From Planctomycetota bacterium (lineage in GTDB: Bacteria; Planctomycetota; PLA2; JAEUHO01), in contig CBDCWP010000013.1 in NCBI GenBank assembly GCA_965223505.1, forward strand, positions 203,261-267,260: a DNA stretch of 64,000 nt, in the 5' to 3' direction. The notes below the pieces were generated by a model. The model ran no database searches, was not told where the DNA came from, and saw only the letters and a list, made by a program, of their open reading frames with translations. Made by a program: the position numbers and the translations under genes. Below, one piece after another: positions 28,325 through 37,754 of the stretch (the first letter of the stretch is position 1; every line of letters begins with the position of its first letter).

Positions 28325-29233
28325 TTAAGATTGCGCCCGCTCGATGCGCGCCACCGACTGGTCGTAGTAATGGGCCAGGTAGTACTCGGCGATCTCGTCG
28401 GTCGTCGCCTGCCAGACCCCGTCGTGCGACATGATGTAGCGCAGCACCTCTTCGAGATACTTGACGCGGTGCGGCCGCCCCATGACGTAGGGATGGAAGG
28501 CGATGCACATGACGCGCCCGTTGGTCTCGCCCTCCTCGTAGAGCTGGTCGAACTGCGCTTTGCATATCTCGGCGTAATAGTCCGCCTCGTAGTGGTTGCG
28601 GAAGAGGGGGGCGTCGTTGAGTTCTGAGGTGTAGGGGACGCAGACGAACTTGCCCGAACGCACGTTGACGGGCGTCGGTTGGTCATCGATCTTCCAGTCG
28701 GTCTGGTAGACAAAACCGGCCTCAGCCAGCAGATCCGAGGTGCGCTCGGTGTTGGAGGCCGCTGGCCCGGAGTGCCCTTTGATCTCTCGGCCAGTGAGGC
28801 GGTGAAACGTCTCGCGGCAGGCGTGCAGGAATTCCCGCTCTTGTTCCTCCGAGTAGGTGGTGACGTAGCGCGTGTTGTAAAACCCGTGATTGACGAACGT
28901 CCAATCGCGCTGCAGCATGGCCTCGGCCACTTCCGGAAAATGCTGCAGCACCCCCATGCTGAGGGTGGTCGAGCAGCGGATCTGATAGGCGTCGAGCACC
29001 TCCAGCAAGCGCCAGAAGCCGACGCGGTTGCCGTACTCGTGCGACGAGTATTGCTGCACGTCGGGATGGGGCATGCGCGGCCACGGATTGCGCACGCCGT
29101 CGAGAGGCGGCATGTATTCGTAGTGCTCAACATTCGGGGCGACCCAAAAGGCGATGCGGGCGTTGTTGGGCCAGGTGATGACGGGACGGTCGATAATCGG
29201 ACTATAAGGGATGCGATTCGGGGGCAGCGCCAT
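28325..29233 (-). CDS. Polysaccharide deacetylase / PuuE-like protein
   Basis: WPNNARIAFWVAPNVEHYE, EYGNRVGFWRL, PYTSELND, FDQLYEEG, HPYVMGRPHR. Confidence 0.88.
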   Translation of the reverse strand: MALPPNRIPYSPIIDRPVITWPNNARIAFWVAPNVEHYEYMPPLDGVRNPWPRMPHPDVQQYSSHEYGNRVGFWRLLEVLDAYQIRCSTTLSMGVLQHFPEVAEAMLQRDWTFVNHGFYNTRYVTTYSEEQEREFLHACRETFHRLTGREIKGHSGPAASNTERTSDLLAEAGFVYQTDWKIDDQPTPVNVRSGKFVCVPYTSELNDAPLFRNHYEADYYAEICKAQFDQLYEEGETNGRVMCIAFHPYVMGRPHRVKYLEEVLRYIMSHDGVWQATTDEIAEYYLAHYYDQSVARIERAQS

Positions 29234-29394
29234 GATAATAAAACCCTCCCTGGCGGAAGCTTAGCCTGACTAACGCAAACGCCTCCAGCATAGCATGGCT
29301 CGGCGCCGATCGCGAGTCCCTGGTTGCGCTCTTGACGGCCTTCGAGCCGTGGCGTAAGCTGCGCGCATCACCACTCAATATGAGGAGAAATCAC

Positions 29395-30216
29395 ATGCAA
29401 CAGCTTACCCGCAACGTCTTCGTCGAGACCCAGGTCAGGGGCTGTAACCATGGGTTTGTCACCACCTCCGATGGGATTGTCATGATCGATAGCCCCCACA
29501 AGCCTAGCGACGCCATGAAGCTCAAGGCGGAAATCGCCAAGCACGGCGAGCTGCGCTACATCATCAACACCGAGCCGCACGGCGACCACTGGACGGGCAA
29601 CGCCTTTTTTGACGCCCCGGTCGTGGCCCACGAGGGGGTGCGCCGCCGCATTCTCGACACCAACATGGACGAGCACGTGGCGCGCGTCGCGGCCTTCGGC
29701 CCGGAGGAGCCCAAGCTGCTGGAGGGCTACACGGCCAATGCGCCGGTGCTCACGTTTAAAAACGGCATGACCATGCACGTCGGCGACCACACCTTTGAGA
29801 TGATCCACATGCCCGGCCACACCCCCTACCAGGCCGCGATTTTGATTAAAGAAGAGGGGGTGGTGTTCACCAGCGACAACATTTTTCACCAGGTGCAGAC
29901 GTGGCTGCACGAGGCCAATCCCGACCTGTGGCTGGTGGCGCTGGAATCCCTACGCCGCCTCGATGAAGAGACCTTCGTGCCCGGCCACGGCCCGATTTGC
30001 GGCAAAGGCTACCTGGACGAGCAGGGCGCCTTTATCCAGGAGTGGAAGGAATACGTCAAGAACGGCATCGACCGGGGCATGACCAAGGACGAGGCGGTCG
30101 CCAACCTGACGGCGATGACAGAGCGCTACCCCATGGACGTCGGGCAGGACGGCATGGCGCCAATGGTGATGCGCATCAACGTGGCGAATTTGTACGACTA
30201 TTTGACCGGCGCCTAA
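29395..30216 (+). CDS. Metallo-beta-lactamase-fold hydrolase (cyclase-like)
   Basis: TEPHGDHW, PGHTP, SD, VPGHGP. Confidence 0.88.
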   Translation: MQQLTRNVFVETQVRGCNHGFVTTSDGIVMIDSPHKPSDAMKLKAEIAKHGELRYIINTEPHGDHWTGNAFFDAPVVAHEGVRRRILDTNMDEHVARVAAFGPEEPKLLEGYTANAPVLTFKNGMTMHVGDHTFEMIHMPGHTPYQAAILIKEEGVVFTSDNIFHQVQTWLHEANPDLWLVALESLRRLDEETFVPGHGPICGKGYLDEQGAFIQEWKEYVKNGIDRGMTKDEAVANLTAMTERYPMDVGQDGMAPMVMRINVANLYDYLTGA

Positions 30217-30239
30217 GCCGTGAGACAGGGGGCAAACAC

Positions 30240-30956
30240 ATGGCGGATTTTTGGGAGAGCGCGCAGGTTGACGGCAATGACATGAAGCTGTTCGTCAGCG
30301 TCCCGAGCGGCGCGGGTTCGGGGCCGCTGCCTGCCGTCGTGGTGATTCAGCACCAGGGCGGCCTCGATGACTTTGTGCAGGAGATGACGCAGCGCATCGC
30401 GCAGGCTGGCTATGTGGGCGTGGCGCCGGAACTCTACCACCGTGACGGGCCGGATTGCCAGGACGACGGCCCCACGCGCCGGGCGCGCCTGCGCGACGAC
30501 AATGTCATCAAGGATGTCAACGCCACCATCGACTTCCTGCTGGCGCACGACGGCGTGGACAACGACCGCATTGGCATCGTCGGCTACTGCATGGGCGGAC
30601 GCGTCGTCTACCTGATGGCGGCGATCAACCCGCACTTGAAGGCGGGCGTGGACTACTACGGCGGCAACATCATGGTCCCCTGGGGCGATGGCCCCGCGCC
30701 TTTCGAGCGCACGGCGGACATTCAGTGCCCGCTGCTCGGGTTGTTTGGCGAGGCGGACGCCAATCCGTCCCCGGCGGACATGCAAACGCTTGACGCCGAG
30801 TTGACCAAACACGGCAAGGCGCACGAATTTCATTCGTATCCGGGCGCCAATCACGCCTTTATGAATTCACGCGGCGACCGCTATCACGCCGAGGCGGCGC
30901 AGGACTCTTGGCCCAAGGCGCTGGCGTTTTTCGAGAAGCATTTGGGCAAGGCGTAG
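30240..30956 (+). CDS. Dienelactone hydrolase family protein
   Basis: GYCMGG nucleophile elbow, GEAD, YPGANHAF. Confidence 0.92.
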   Translation: MADFWESAQVDGNDMKLFVSVPSGAGSGPLPAVVVIQHQGGLDDFVQEMTQRIAQAGYVGVAPELYHRDGPDCQDDGPTRRARLRDDNVIKDVNATIDFLLAHDGVDNDRIGIVGYCMGGRVVYLMAAINPHLKAGVDYYGGNIMVPWGDGPAPFERTADIQCPLLGLFGEADANPSPADMQTLDAELTKHGKAHEFHSYPGANHAFMNSRGDRYHAEAAQDSWPKALAFFEKHLGKA

Positions 30957-30979
30957 GCGGGTTAGCCTGTCCGTTCGGG

Positions 30980-31016
30980 GGTTGCAGCAGGCCAAGCTCC
31001 GTAGCCTGCTGCAACC
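30980..31016. terminator. Hairpin between convergent genes
   Basis: GGTTGCAGCAGGC-11 nt-GCCTGCTGCAACC, perfect 13-bp arms. Confidence 0.6.
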
Positions 31017-31097
31017 GCTGCAGAAGCGCGATGGACATGGATGCAAGCGCGGGCTGGACCTGATCAGACGACGCCCAGAGCGTCAATGACCAGGCGT

Positions 31098-32045
31098 TTA
31101 GTCGCCCGGCGTTTGCACGCACACCACCCAACACCACACCGTATCGGTGGCTCCCGAGTCGTTACGCCCCTTGCACATCCAGGCGTTGGCGGCATCAATC
31201 CCCAGGGCTTCAATGACAGCCTCATTTGGGTCGTTAAACGCTCCCCCGGCTGGACGAGAAGCGTAGAGCGTAAAGCCAGGGGGGGCCTCGAATCCTCCGG
31301 CGACGACATTCCATCCACTAGGGCAGGTCTCGCTAAACGCCGTAAAATCCGCACCGTCTAACACCTCCTTGGGCAGTCGCTTGACGTCGATAACCACAGG
31401 CGATGCCGTTGGCGGCTCAAAGTAACCGACGACATCGATGATGATGTGGGCGCTGCCGCCATCGACCCGTATCGATATATCCTTGGCGCAGCCCGAACAG
31501 GTCGATACGATGGTCGTATTCGCAACAACCCGCCCAGGGCCCCAGTTTAACACACTGATTAACGGCACAGGATCATTATAGGCAAAGGCGCGGAAGTTGC
31601 CCGAACCGGAAGGAACGGCCGTGATGGTCATGACAATTGCCGGGGGCTCAGTCGTTGCCGGCATGTCCGGGCAACCCAGCTCGTTGCCGCCTTGACCGGG
31701 GATAAGGTCGCCGTTATCATTTACCACGATATCAATGACGGTTCCGCCTCCGGCAATAGGCCCCATAAGCCCCGGATCAGTTGCCAATCGTGTGTCCAAC
31801 ACCCGGCAGGGCGTCACCGGCGTATAGAGCAATTCTCTAGTCGACTCTCCAAATGCCCAGGTCTCTGTGGGGCTCACCGCAAGGATCGCCAGCATCGCGG
31901 CAATACCTACTAACCACAGTTGTCCATGTGACCATGGTCGTAACATGCGGGAGCCATTTTTCATGCGTGTCATGCTCGCGGCAAGTTGATGTAATTTATG
32001 AAAAGGGCTGATTCGCATTAGTTGAATGGAGATCATGGCTTTCAT
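31098..32045 (-). CDS. Secreted/surface hypothetical protein with PCRxxDTR beta-domain and Cys-rich C-terminus
   Basis: Hydrophobic segment ending ETWA, PVTPCRVLDTR, HIIIDVVGYF, CPSGWNVVAGG; start uncertain (32045, 31973 or 31946). Confidence 0.65.
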   Translation of the reverse strand: MKAMISIQLMRISPFHKLHQLAASMTRMKNGSRMLRPWSHGQLWLVGIAAMLAILAVSPTETWAFGESTRELLYTPVTPCRVLDTRLATDPGLMGPIAGGGTVIDIVVNDNGDLIPGQGGNELGCPDMPATTEPPAIVMTITAVPSGSGNFRAFAYNDPVPLISVLNWGPGRVVANTTIVSTCSGCAKDISIRVDGGSAHIIIDVVGYFEPPTASPVVIDVKRLPKEVLDGADFTAFSETCPSGWNVVAGGFEAPPGFTLYASRPAGGAFNDPNEAVIEALGIDAANAWMCKGRNDSGATDTVWCWVVCVQTPGD

Positions 32046-32202
32046 CTTGCTACCTCTTTGTAATTTTTCTATTTTGTTAAATTTCAATAATTCATTATCA
32101 AATTTCAATTTGAAATTAATAGATAATCAAATTCAATTACAATGATATAACTCTACAATATAAAATTAGTAGAGCTAAACTGATATGCTTATATACCATA
32201 TG

Positions 32203-32236
32203 TCGGTAAAATCGCACATTCGGTAAAATCGCACAT
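32203..32236. repeat. Perfect 17-bp tandem direct repeat in an AT-rich intergenic region
   Basis: TCGGTAAAATCGCACAT twice. Confidence 0.9.
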
Positions 32237-32634
32237 AAAAAATATCTAATTTGTGGCCGAGATGAGGCGTTGGCGCGACCGCGCGCCGGTCAGGGCAGGC
32301 AGCAATCCTGATGGCCTCGAATCGTTTGTCTACATTATGTCAACAATCTCATGTAAAAATCGTTAGCCCCTTGGCATAGACCGCGTTCGCATGAAACCAT
32401 CGGCGCCGCCGCTCCCATCCCCCTGGCCCCGCCCCCTATCAGATGCTTTCCACCCAAATGGTTGCGCTCAGGTAGATTGCCGCAGCATGTCACGGCGATG
32501 CCCGCCATCGGCCGCCATTGCCGAAAAAATACACATTCGACGTTGAAATGATATTTTATTTTCGATATTATATAGACAAATAATAGTCAACATTTAATAA
32601 CAACATGCGCGCATTAGGCCGGGAGCCCTTAATC

Positions 32635-33930
32635 ATGACACCATCCGACAACCTGATCACCACGACGGACCTCATCCCCGATGATCGCGTCACCCCCTAC
32701 GCGCCGGATGCAGAAACCCCGCCCAAACGCCTCGACGAGGGCGACGATGCCGTGGCGCGATATTTTGGCGAGGTGCGCAACTTTTCGCTCCTCGATCGCG
32801 AGCAAGAGCAGGCATTGTGGCGCCGGATAGTGCGATTAAAAGCCAGAGGGCGCCGGATACTTTTAACGTCACCCACGGCTTTGTCAACCCTGACGCGGGT
32901 ATGGAACCAACTCAAACACGGCGAACTCGCCGGCGCGCAGATCATGGCGGCCGAGGCGGCTGACGACGATCAGCAGCAATTGGAGGCATTCGGCGCCGCC
33001 GTCGCTGCATGGCCATCGTTCCACGCCAGCCAGAGCGCCGAAAGCCGTTGGCGGCGCTACCGCGCCTGGCATCCCTCGTGGTTGGCGCTACAGTGCAAGG
33101 ACGGCCTGTATGACATCCTGCAAGACGATTTTCAGCAAGCTCATGAACGGCATCCTGACGACTCGAGGCTTGTCGCGGCGTGGCGGGCTTGGTCGCTTGC
33201 GCAACAGCACCTGGCGAAGGCGAAGGCGGACATGCTGCAAGCCAATCTGCGTTTGGTGATCTATGTGGCGCGGAGCTATCGGCATGCCGAATTGCCCTTA
33301 CTCGATCTGGTGCAGGAGGGCAATATTGGCTTGATGCGCGCCATCGAGAAATTCGAGCCCGAACGCGGCTTTAAATTTGTGACGTACGCCTATTGGTGGA
33401 TCCGGCAAGCGATTGGCAGAGGTATTATCCAGCAAGGCCGGACCGTGCGCTTGCCGAGCTATCTGATTGAGCGGCGCAATAAGCTGCTCGCCACGGCTCG
33501 TCAGTTGAATCAGCGTCCTGGGGCGCCGACCGACATCGAAGCGCTTGGATCAGCTTTGGGGTGGCCCCCCAAGGAGATTGAAGATTTGCTCGCCGTGACC
33601 CAATCCGCCCTCTCTCTGCAGCAAATGGACCGGGAGGATGGCCGCGAGCCGATTGATCTGTTGGCGGCTTCCCCGGATCAGGCGCCCGAAGACACTGTGA
33701 GCCGCGTTGAACTGCAGCGCTGCCTCGCCAGTTGCATGGATGCGCTCACGCCTCGTGAAGTCTTTATCCTGCGCCAACGCTACGGCTTCGATGAGGAGCC
33801 GCAGAGTCTGAGAGAGATCGGCGAAACGCTTGGCCTAAGCCGGGAGAGGGTGCGGCAGATCGAGAGGGCGGCCCTGGAGCGCTTGCGCCAATACGCCATA
33901 CGCGATGCCCTCGCGGAATTCGTTTCATAA
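32635..33930 (+). CDS. Alternative sigma70 factor (RpoD/RpoS-like, lacking region 1.1)
   Basis: Region 1.2 DAVARYFGEV, region 2 ANLRLV...DLVQEGNIGLMRAIEKF..TYAYWWIRQAI, region 4 SLREIGETLGLSRERVRQIE. Confidence 0.92.
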   Translation: MTPSDNLITTTDLIPDDRVTPYAPDAETPPKRLDEGDDAVARYFGEVRNFSLLDREQEQALWRRIVRLKARGRRILLTSPTALSTLTRVWNQLKHGELAGAQIMAAEAADDDQQQLEAFGAAVAAWPSFHASQSAESRWRRYRAWHPSWLALQCKDGLYDILQDDFQQAHERHPDDSRLVAAWRAWSLAQQHLAKAKADMLQANLRLVIYVARSYRHAELPLLDLVQEGNIGLMRAIEKFEPERGFKFVTYAYWWIRQAIGRGIIQQGRTVRLPSYLIERRNKLLATARQLNQRPGAPTDIEALGSALGWPPKEIEDLLAVTQSALSLQQMDREDGREPIDLLAASPDQAPEDTVSRVELQRCLASCMDALTPREVFILRQRYGFDEEPQSLREIGETLGLSRERVRQIERAALERLRQYAIRDALAEFVS

Positions 33931-33997
33931 TTTGTCTATATTTTGCTTAGCTATAAGCACAGGTTGCAAATCTATTCATTTATATATGAGGTCCAAC

Positions 33998-35395
33998 ATG
34001 TTCACGCAGTCATTTACGCGCCGCACCCGTATTGACGCCCCTGCCGCCGCCGTCTTTGATTGGCATGCGCAGCCCGGCGCCATTGAGCGTCTGACCCCTG
34101 CCTGGGAGCCGGTGGAAGTGCTTGAGCGAAGCGGCGGCATTGAAAATGGGTCGCGCGTCGTTTTAGGCGTGCGTCAGGGGCCGATCCGGCTGCGCTGGGA
34201 GGCCGAGCACTGCGACTATGAAGCCGGGGCGCAATTTCGAGATATTCAACGCGCTGGCCCCTTTGCCCGCTGGGAGCACACCCACCGGGTGCAGCCGGAT
34301 GGGCCTGAGTCGTGCTATCTGGAAGATCATATCGACTACGCGTTGCCCCTCGCCCCGATGAGCCATCTGGTGGCCGGCGGCTTGGTGCGCCGCAAGCTCG
34401 ACCGTCTATTTGACTACCGCCATCGCATCACGGCTGATGACATCGCGGCGCATCGCCGCGCCGCTGACGCCGCGCCCATGCGCATCTTGGTGACGGGTTC
34501 GAGCGGCCTGGTGGGCTCCGCCCTTGCGCCGTTTCTCACCACCGGCGGGCATTCCGTCACCCGGTTGGTGCGCCAGGCTGAGCCAGCGCAGGCCGGGACG
34601 ATTCTGTGGTCGCCGCAAACCGGCGTCGCCGACCTAGACGCGCTCGAGGGGCTGGACGCCGTGGTGCACCTGGCGGGCGAAAGCATTGCCAGTGGACGCT
34701 GGACGCCGCAAAAGAAAGCCGCCATTCGCGACAGCCGCGTGCAGGGCACACGGTTGTTATGCGAAGCCCTGGCAAAGTTAAAACAACCGCCCAAAGTCCT
34801 CGTCTCCGCCTCGGCGATTGGTTATTATGGCGACCGAGGCGACGAGCGCCTGGGGGAAAATAGCGCCTATGGCCAGGATTTTTTGGCCGGCGTGTGCCGC
34901 GATTGGGAAGCGGCGACAGCGCCGGCTGCGGCCCGCGGCATTCGCGTGGTCAATCTGCGCTTTGGCATGGTGCTGAGCCTCGCGGGCGGCGCGCTCGCCA
35001 AAATGCTGCCGCCGTTTCAACTCGGCGCCGGCGGCGTCATGGGCGATGGCCGCCAATACATGAGCTGGGTGGCGCTGGACGATGCGATTGGCGCGATTCA
35101 CCATGCGATGTTCACCGACACCCTGCAGGGGCCGGTGAACGTCGTGGCGCCCGAGGCGGTGACGAATCGCGTGTTTACCCAGACTCTGGGTCGGGTGCTC
35201 AAACGCCCTGTCCTGGCGCCGCTGCCCGCGCCTGTGGCGCGTCTGATGTTTGGCGAAATGGCGGATGCGCTGTTGTTGTCGAGCGCCAGAGTCGAACCCC
35301 GCAAGCTGCAAGACGCCGGCTATCCGTTTCGCCACCCCACCCTGGAAGATGCTCTGCGGCATGTGCTGGGCCGCGTGGCGCAGCATGAGTCTTAA
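33998..35395 (+). CDS. SRPBCC domain fused to TIGR01777 (YfcH-like) NAD-dependent epimerase
   Basis: N-terminal FDWH...FRDIQRAGPFARWEHTH; VTGSSGLVG, HLAGESIA.GRW, SASAIGYYG. Confidence 0.92.
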   Translation: MFTQSFTRRTRIDAPAAAVFDWHAQPGAIERLTPAWEPVEVLERSGGIENGSRVVLGVRQGPIRLRWEAEHCDYEAGAQFRDIQRAGPFARWEHTHRVQPDGPESCYLEDHIDYALPLAPMSHLVAGGLVRRKLDRLFDYRHRITADDIAAHRRAADAAPMRILVTGSSGLVGSALAPFLTTGGHSVTRLVRQAEPAQAGTILWSPQTGVADLDALEGLDAVVHLAGESIASGRWTPQKKAAIRDSRVQGTRLLCEALAKLKQPPKVLVSASAIGYYGDRGDERLGENSAYGQDFLAGVCRDWEAATAPAAARGIRVVNLRFGMVLSLAGGALAKMLPPFQLGAGGVMGDGRQYMSWVALDDAIGAIHHAMFTDTLQGPVNVVAPEAVTNRVFTQTLGRVLKRPVLAPLPAPVARLMFGEMADALLLSSARVEPRKLQDAGYPFRHPTLEDALRHVLGRVAQHES

Positions 35396-35407
35396 TGTGA
35401 GAAGGTC

Positions 35408-35432
35408 GGGGACAGAATTGCATTCTGTCCCC
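35408..35432. repeat. REP-like palindrome
   Basis: GGGGACAGAAT-TGC-ATTCTGTCCCC in the short gap between two co-directional genes. Confidence 0.55.
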
Positions 35433-35468
35433 TCCGTAAGTCGCAATTTGACATAGAAGGAATGCGCG

Positions 35469-36218
35469 ATGATTCGGGTCATTCGAGCCCCTGAGCGGCA
35501 TTTTACGGATTATCATTGGCTGCAAACCTACTGGCTGTTTTCGTTCGCCGATTACTACGACCCCGACAATATTCAGTTTGGCGCGCTGCGCGTCGTCAAT
35601 GACGACGTGGTGCAACCGCGGCAAGGCTTTGGCACGCATCCGCACGAGGAGATGGAAATTATCACCATCGTGCTCGACGGCGAGGTCACGCACGAGGACA
35701 GCCTCGGCGCCAAAGCCGTGATCCGCGCCGGTGATGTGCAACGCATGTCCGCGGGCACGGGCATTCGCCACTCGGAGTTCAATCTGGGCGATGTCCCGGC
35801 GCATTTTTATCAGATCTGGATCTATCCCGACGAAGCTGGCGTCGAGCCAAGCTATGGGCAGCAGAGTTTCGCGGGCGTGGACCGAACCAACCGCCTCCTG
35901 CCGGTGGCCTCGGGGCAGGGCTTGCCGGATGTCGTCACCTTTCACACCGATGCGACGATCTACCTCTCCGATCTCAAGGCCCAGCAGAGCCTGACGCACC
36001 AGACGGACGGCTCGCGGCGCGTGTTCGTCTATGTGACGGCGGGCGATTTGGAGGTCGAGGGCGAACGGATTCACCCGCAGGACCAGGCGCGCATCGATCC
36101 CGAGGGACCGCTCCGTCTCACCGCCGCCTCGGATGCGAGCTTCTTACTGATTGATGTGCCCTCGTGCCGGGGCTGGGGCTATGATCAGGCGACGCTGCGG
36201 GGCGAATCGGCGTCGTAG
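35469..36218 (+). CDS. Pirin family protein (YhhW-like)
   Basis: FSFADYYDP, FGALRVVNDD, HPHEEMEI, MSAGTGIRHSE, QIWI. Confidence 0.93.
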   Translation: MIRVIRAPERHFTDYHWLQTYWLFSFADYYDPDNIQFGALRVVNDDVVQPRQGFGTHPHEEMEIITIVLDGEVTHEDSLGAKAVIRAGDVQRMSAGTGIRHSEFNLGDVPAHFYQIWIYPDEAGVEPSYGQQSFAGVDRTNRLLPVASGQGLPDVVTFHTDATIYLSDLKAQQSLTHQTDGSRRVFVYVTAGDLEVEGERIHPQDQARIDPEGPLRLTAASDASFLLIDVPSCRGWGYDQATLRGESAS

Positions 36219-36258
36219 CGGCAGTGTGCTGGGCATCGTTCTTGATCCTGCGCGGAAA

Positions 36259-36299
36259 ATGCATTGAAATAATGCATATTTTATGCATAAACGATGCAT
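36259..36299. promoter_or_regulatory. Array of four ATGCAT palindromes upstream of an RHH gene
   Basis: ATGCAT at 36259, 36272, 36283 and 36294 (spacing 13, 11, 11). Confidence 0.7.
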
Positions 36300-36325
36300 T
36301 TTCCGTCTAGTGAAAGGATTAGATC

Positions 36326-36535
36326 ATGCCCAGAATTACCATTGAGTTTTCCAACGACCTCGATAACATCTTGAAAGATTTGGCCAAGCAGGGCAATACG
36401 ACGAAGGTCGAGATCATCCGGCGCGCCCTGGCCCTCTACCATTACGTTAACAAAGAGGTTAAACACAAAAACCTCAAGCTTTCCGTGAGCGATGAAAACG
36501 ACGAACTGCTCAAAGAAATCATACTGGATTTGTAA
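36326..36535 (+). CDS. CopG/RHH DNA-binding protein
   Basis: MPRITIEFSNDLDNILKDLAKQGNTTKVEIIRRALALY. Confidence 0.85.
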   Translation: MPRITIEFSNDLDNILKDLAKQGNTTKVEIIRRALALYHYVNKEVKHKNLKLSVSDENDELLKEIILDL

Positions 36536-36939
36536 TGGCTGCCCCCATGCCTCCAGGGGAGCGGTTCTCTGATGTAACTGGGGCCTTTCCCAACGCGCAT
36601 GAGCCCCCCCACCTTCGCGCAATTGTTCGGGGTGCGCTTTCTGCGGCTGCTCATCTGGATTATTTGCGGCCTCATCGTGGCGCTCTTCATCGCCTGGCTC
36701 TATACCCGCCCGACCTTTACCACCGTGCGGGTCATGCTTGGCGAATCCCCGATCCCAAAGTCGTGATCGAAACGCTGTGCGAACTGCGGCGCGATCACAT
36801 CGACCACTTCCGCGATATCCTCCAACTGTTGGTGCTCTCAGGTCTCACGCCGCTGGTGACGCTGTTTGCTGGCTACACGTTCGGCAGGCAGGAGAACGAG
36901 CGCCGCGCTGGCTCGGAAACGGAAGGGAATGCAGCATGA
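36535..36939 (+). CDS. Hypothetical two-TM membrane protein (central part out of frame)
   Basis: TAATG-coupled. A +1 in C7 (36604-36610) and a -1 in C4 (36747-36750) hide TM helix FLRLLIWIICGLIVALFIAWLY; second TM ILQLLVLSGLTPLVTLFAGYTFG. Confidence 0.65.
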   Translation: MAAPMPPGERFSDVTGAFPNAHEPPHLRAIVRGALSAAAHLDYLRPHRGALHRLALYPPDLYHRAGHAWRIPDPKVVIETLCELRRDHIDHFRDILQLLVLSGLTPLVTLFAGYTFGRQENERRAGSETEGNAA

Positions 36940-37223
36940 ATCAGGTTCCAACCCTTTATATTGGCGTTGCCGCCCCGTTGGTTGAGCGTTCCCGCACCTG
37001 GATGGTCAACTTGCCGGCCGATGAGGGGTCGGAAGCCCTTCGCGCCGTTATTCAAGCCTTTCCCAGACGCGAACTCAACGCCTATGGACTGAAATTTCAC
37101 GATGACGACCCGTCAGTGCTGACATTCCGCACCGCTGAGCGTATGCCTGAGGTGCGGGTGCATGACGCGATTACGAAATGGATCGACGCGCCGCCTGTCC
37201 TTGCTGCATCCCGCTGCCTATGA
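36936..37223 (+). CDS. Hypothetical protein
   Basis: ATGA-coupled start MNQVPTLYIG... Confidence 0.5.
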   Translation: MNQVPTLYIGVAAPLVERSRTWMVNLPADEGSEALRAVIQAFPRRELNAYGLKFHDDDPSVLTFRTAERMPEVRVHDAITKWIDAPPVLAASRCL

Positions 37224-37473
37224 GCCTGATGTGGCGATGACGCTGAACAATTTGGGGACTTTACTCTGTGACCTGGGGGAGCGTGACGAGGCCCGACACG
37301 CTTGCCACGAAGCCCTGGAAATTCTCTGGCCGCTAGCCAACCAATGGCCAAAAGCGTATGTCTATGATTTTAGAGGCGCGCTGAACAACTACCTCATAAT
37401 CGTCGGCGAGGCCCCAGACGACCGCTGGTATCAGATTTGGCAACAGCAGCAACCGGCAGCCAGCGACGACTAA
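37200..37473 (+). pseudogene. C-terminal fragment of a TPR protein
   Basis: HPAAYEPDVAMTLNNLGTLLCDLGERDEARHACHEAL is a single TPR unit with no proper 5' end. Confidence 0.65.
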
Positions 37474-37754
37474 CCCCAACCCCGAGCGCACCCGGTTGAC
37501 CCGCGCCTCCCGCCGATGGCATAATATCACGACTACACCCAACGACGCCGGGCCGCCGCCCCATGGCCGCCCGGCTCGACCTCGACGCCCTCTGCGTCGA
37601 GCGGGTGCGAACCGTCGCGACCGGGTCAACCGATATCACACACGATGCATGCAGGACTTGCCGCCGGCATCTATGACGGCAACGCCGGCGCCTGGCGCCT
37701 CTATGTCTGATCAACCGCACACAACCGCATAAGTCGTCCGTGCGCGCGAGGAGG

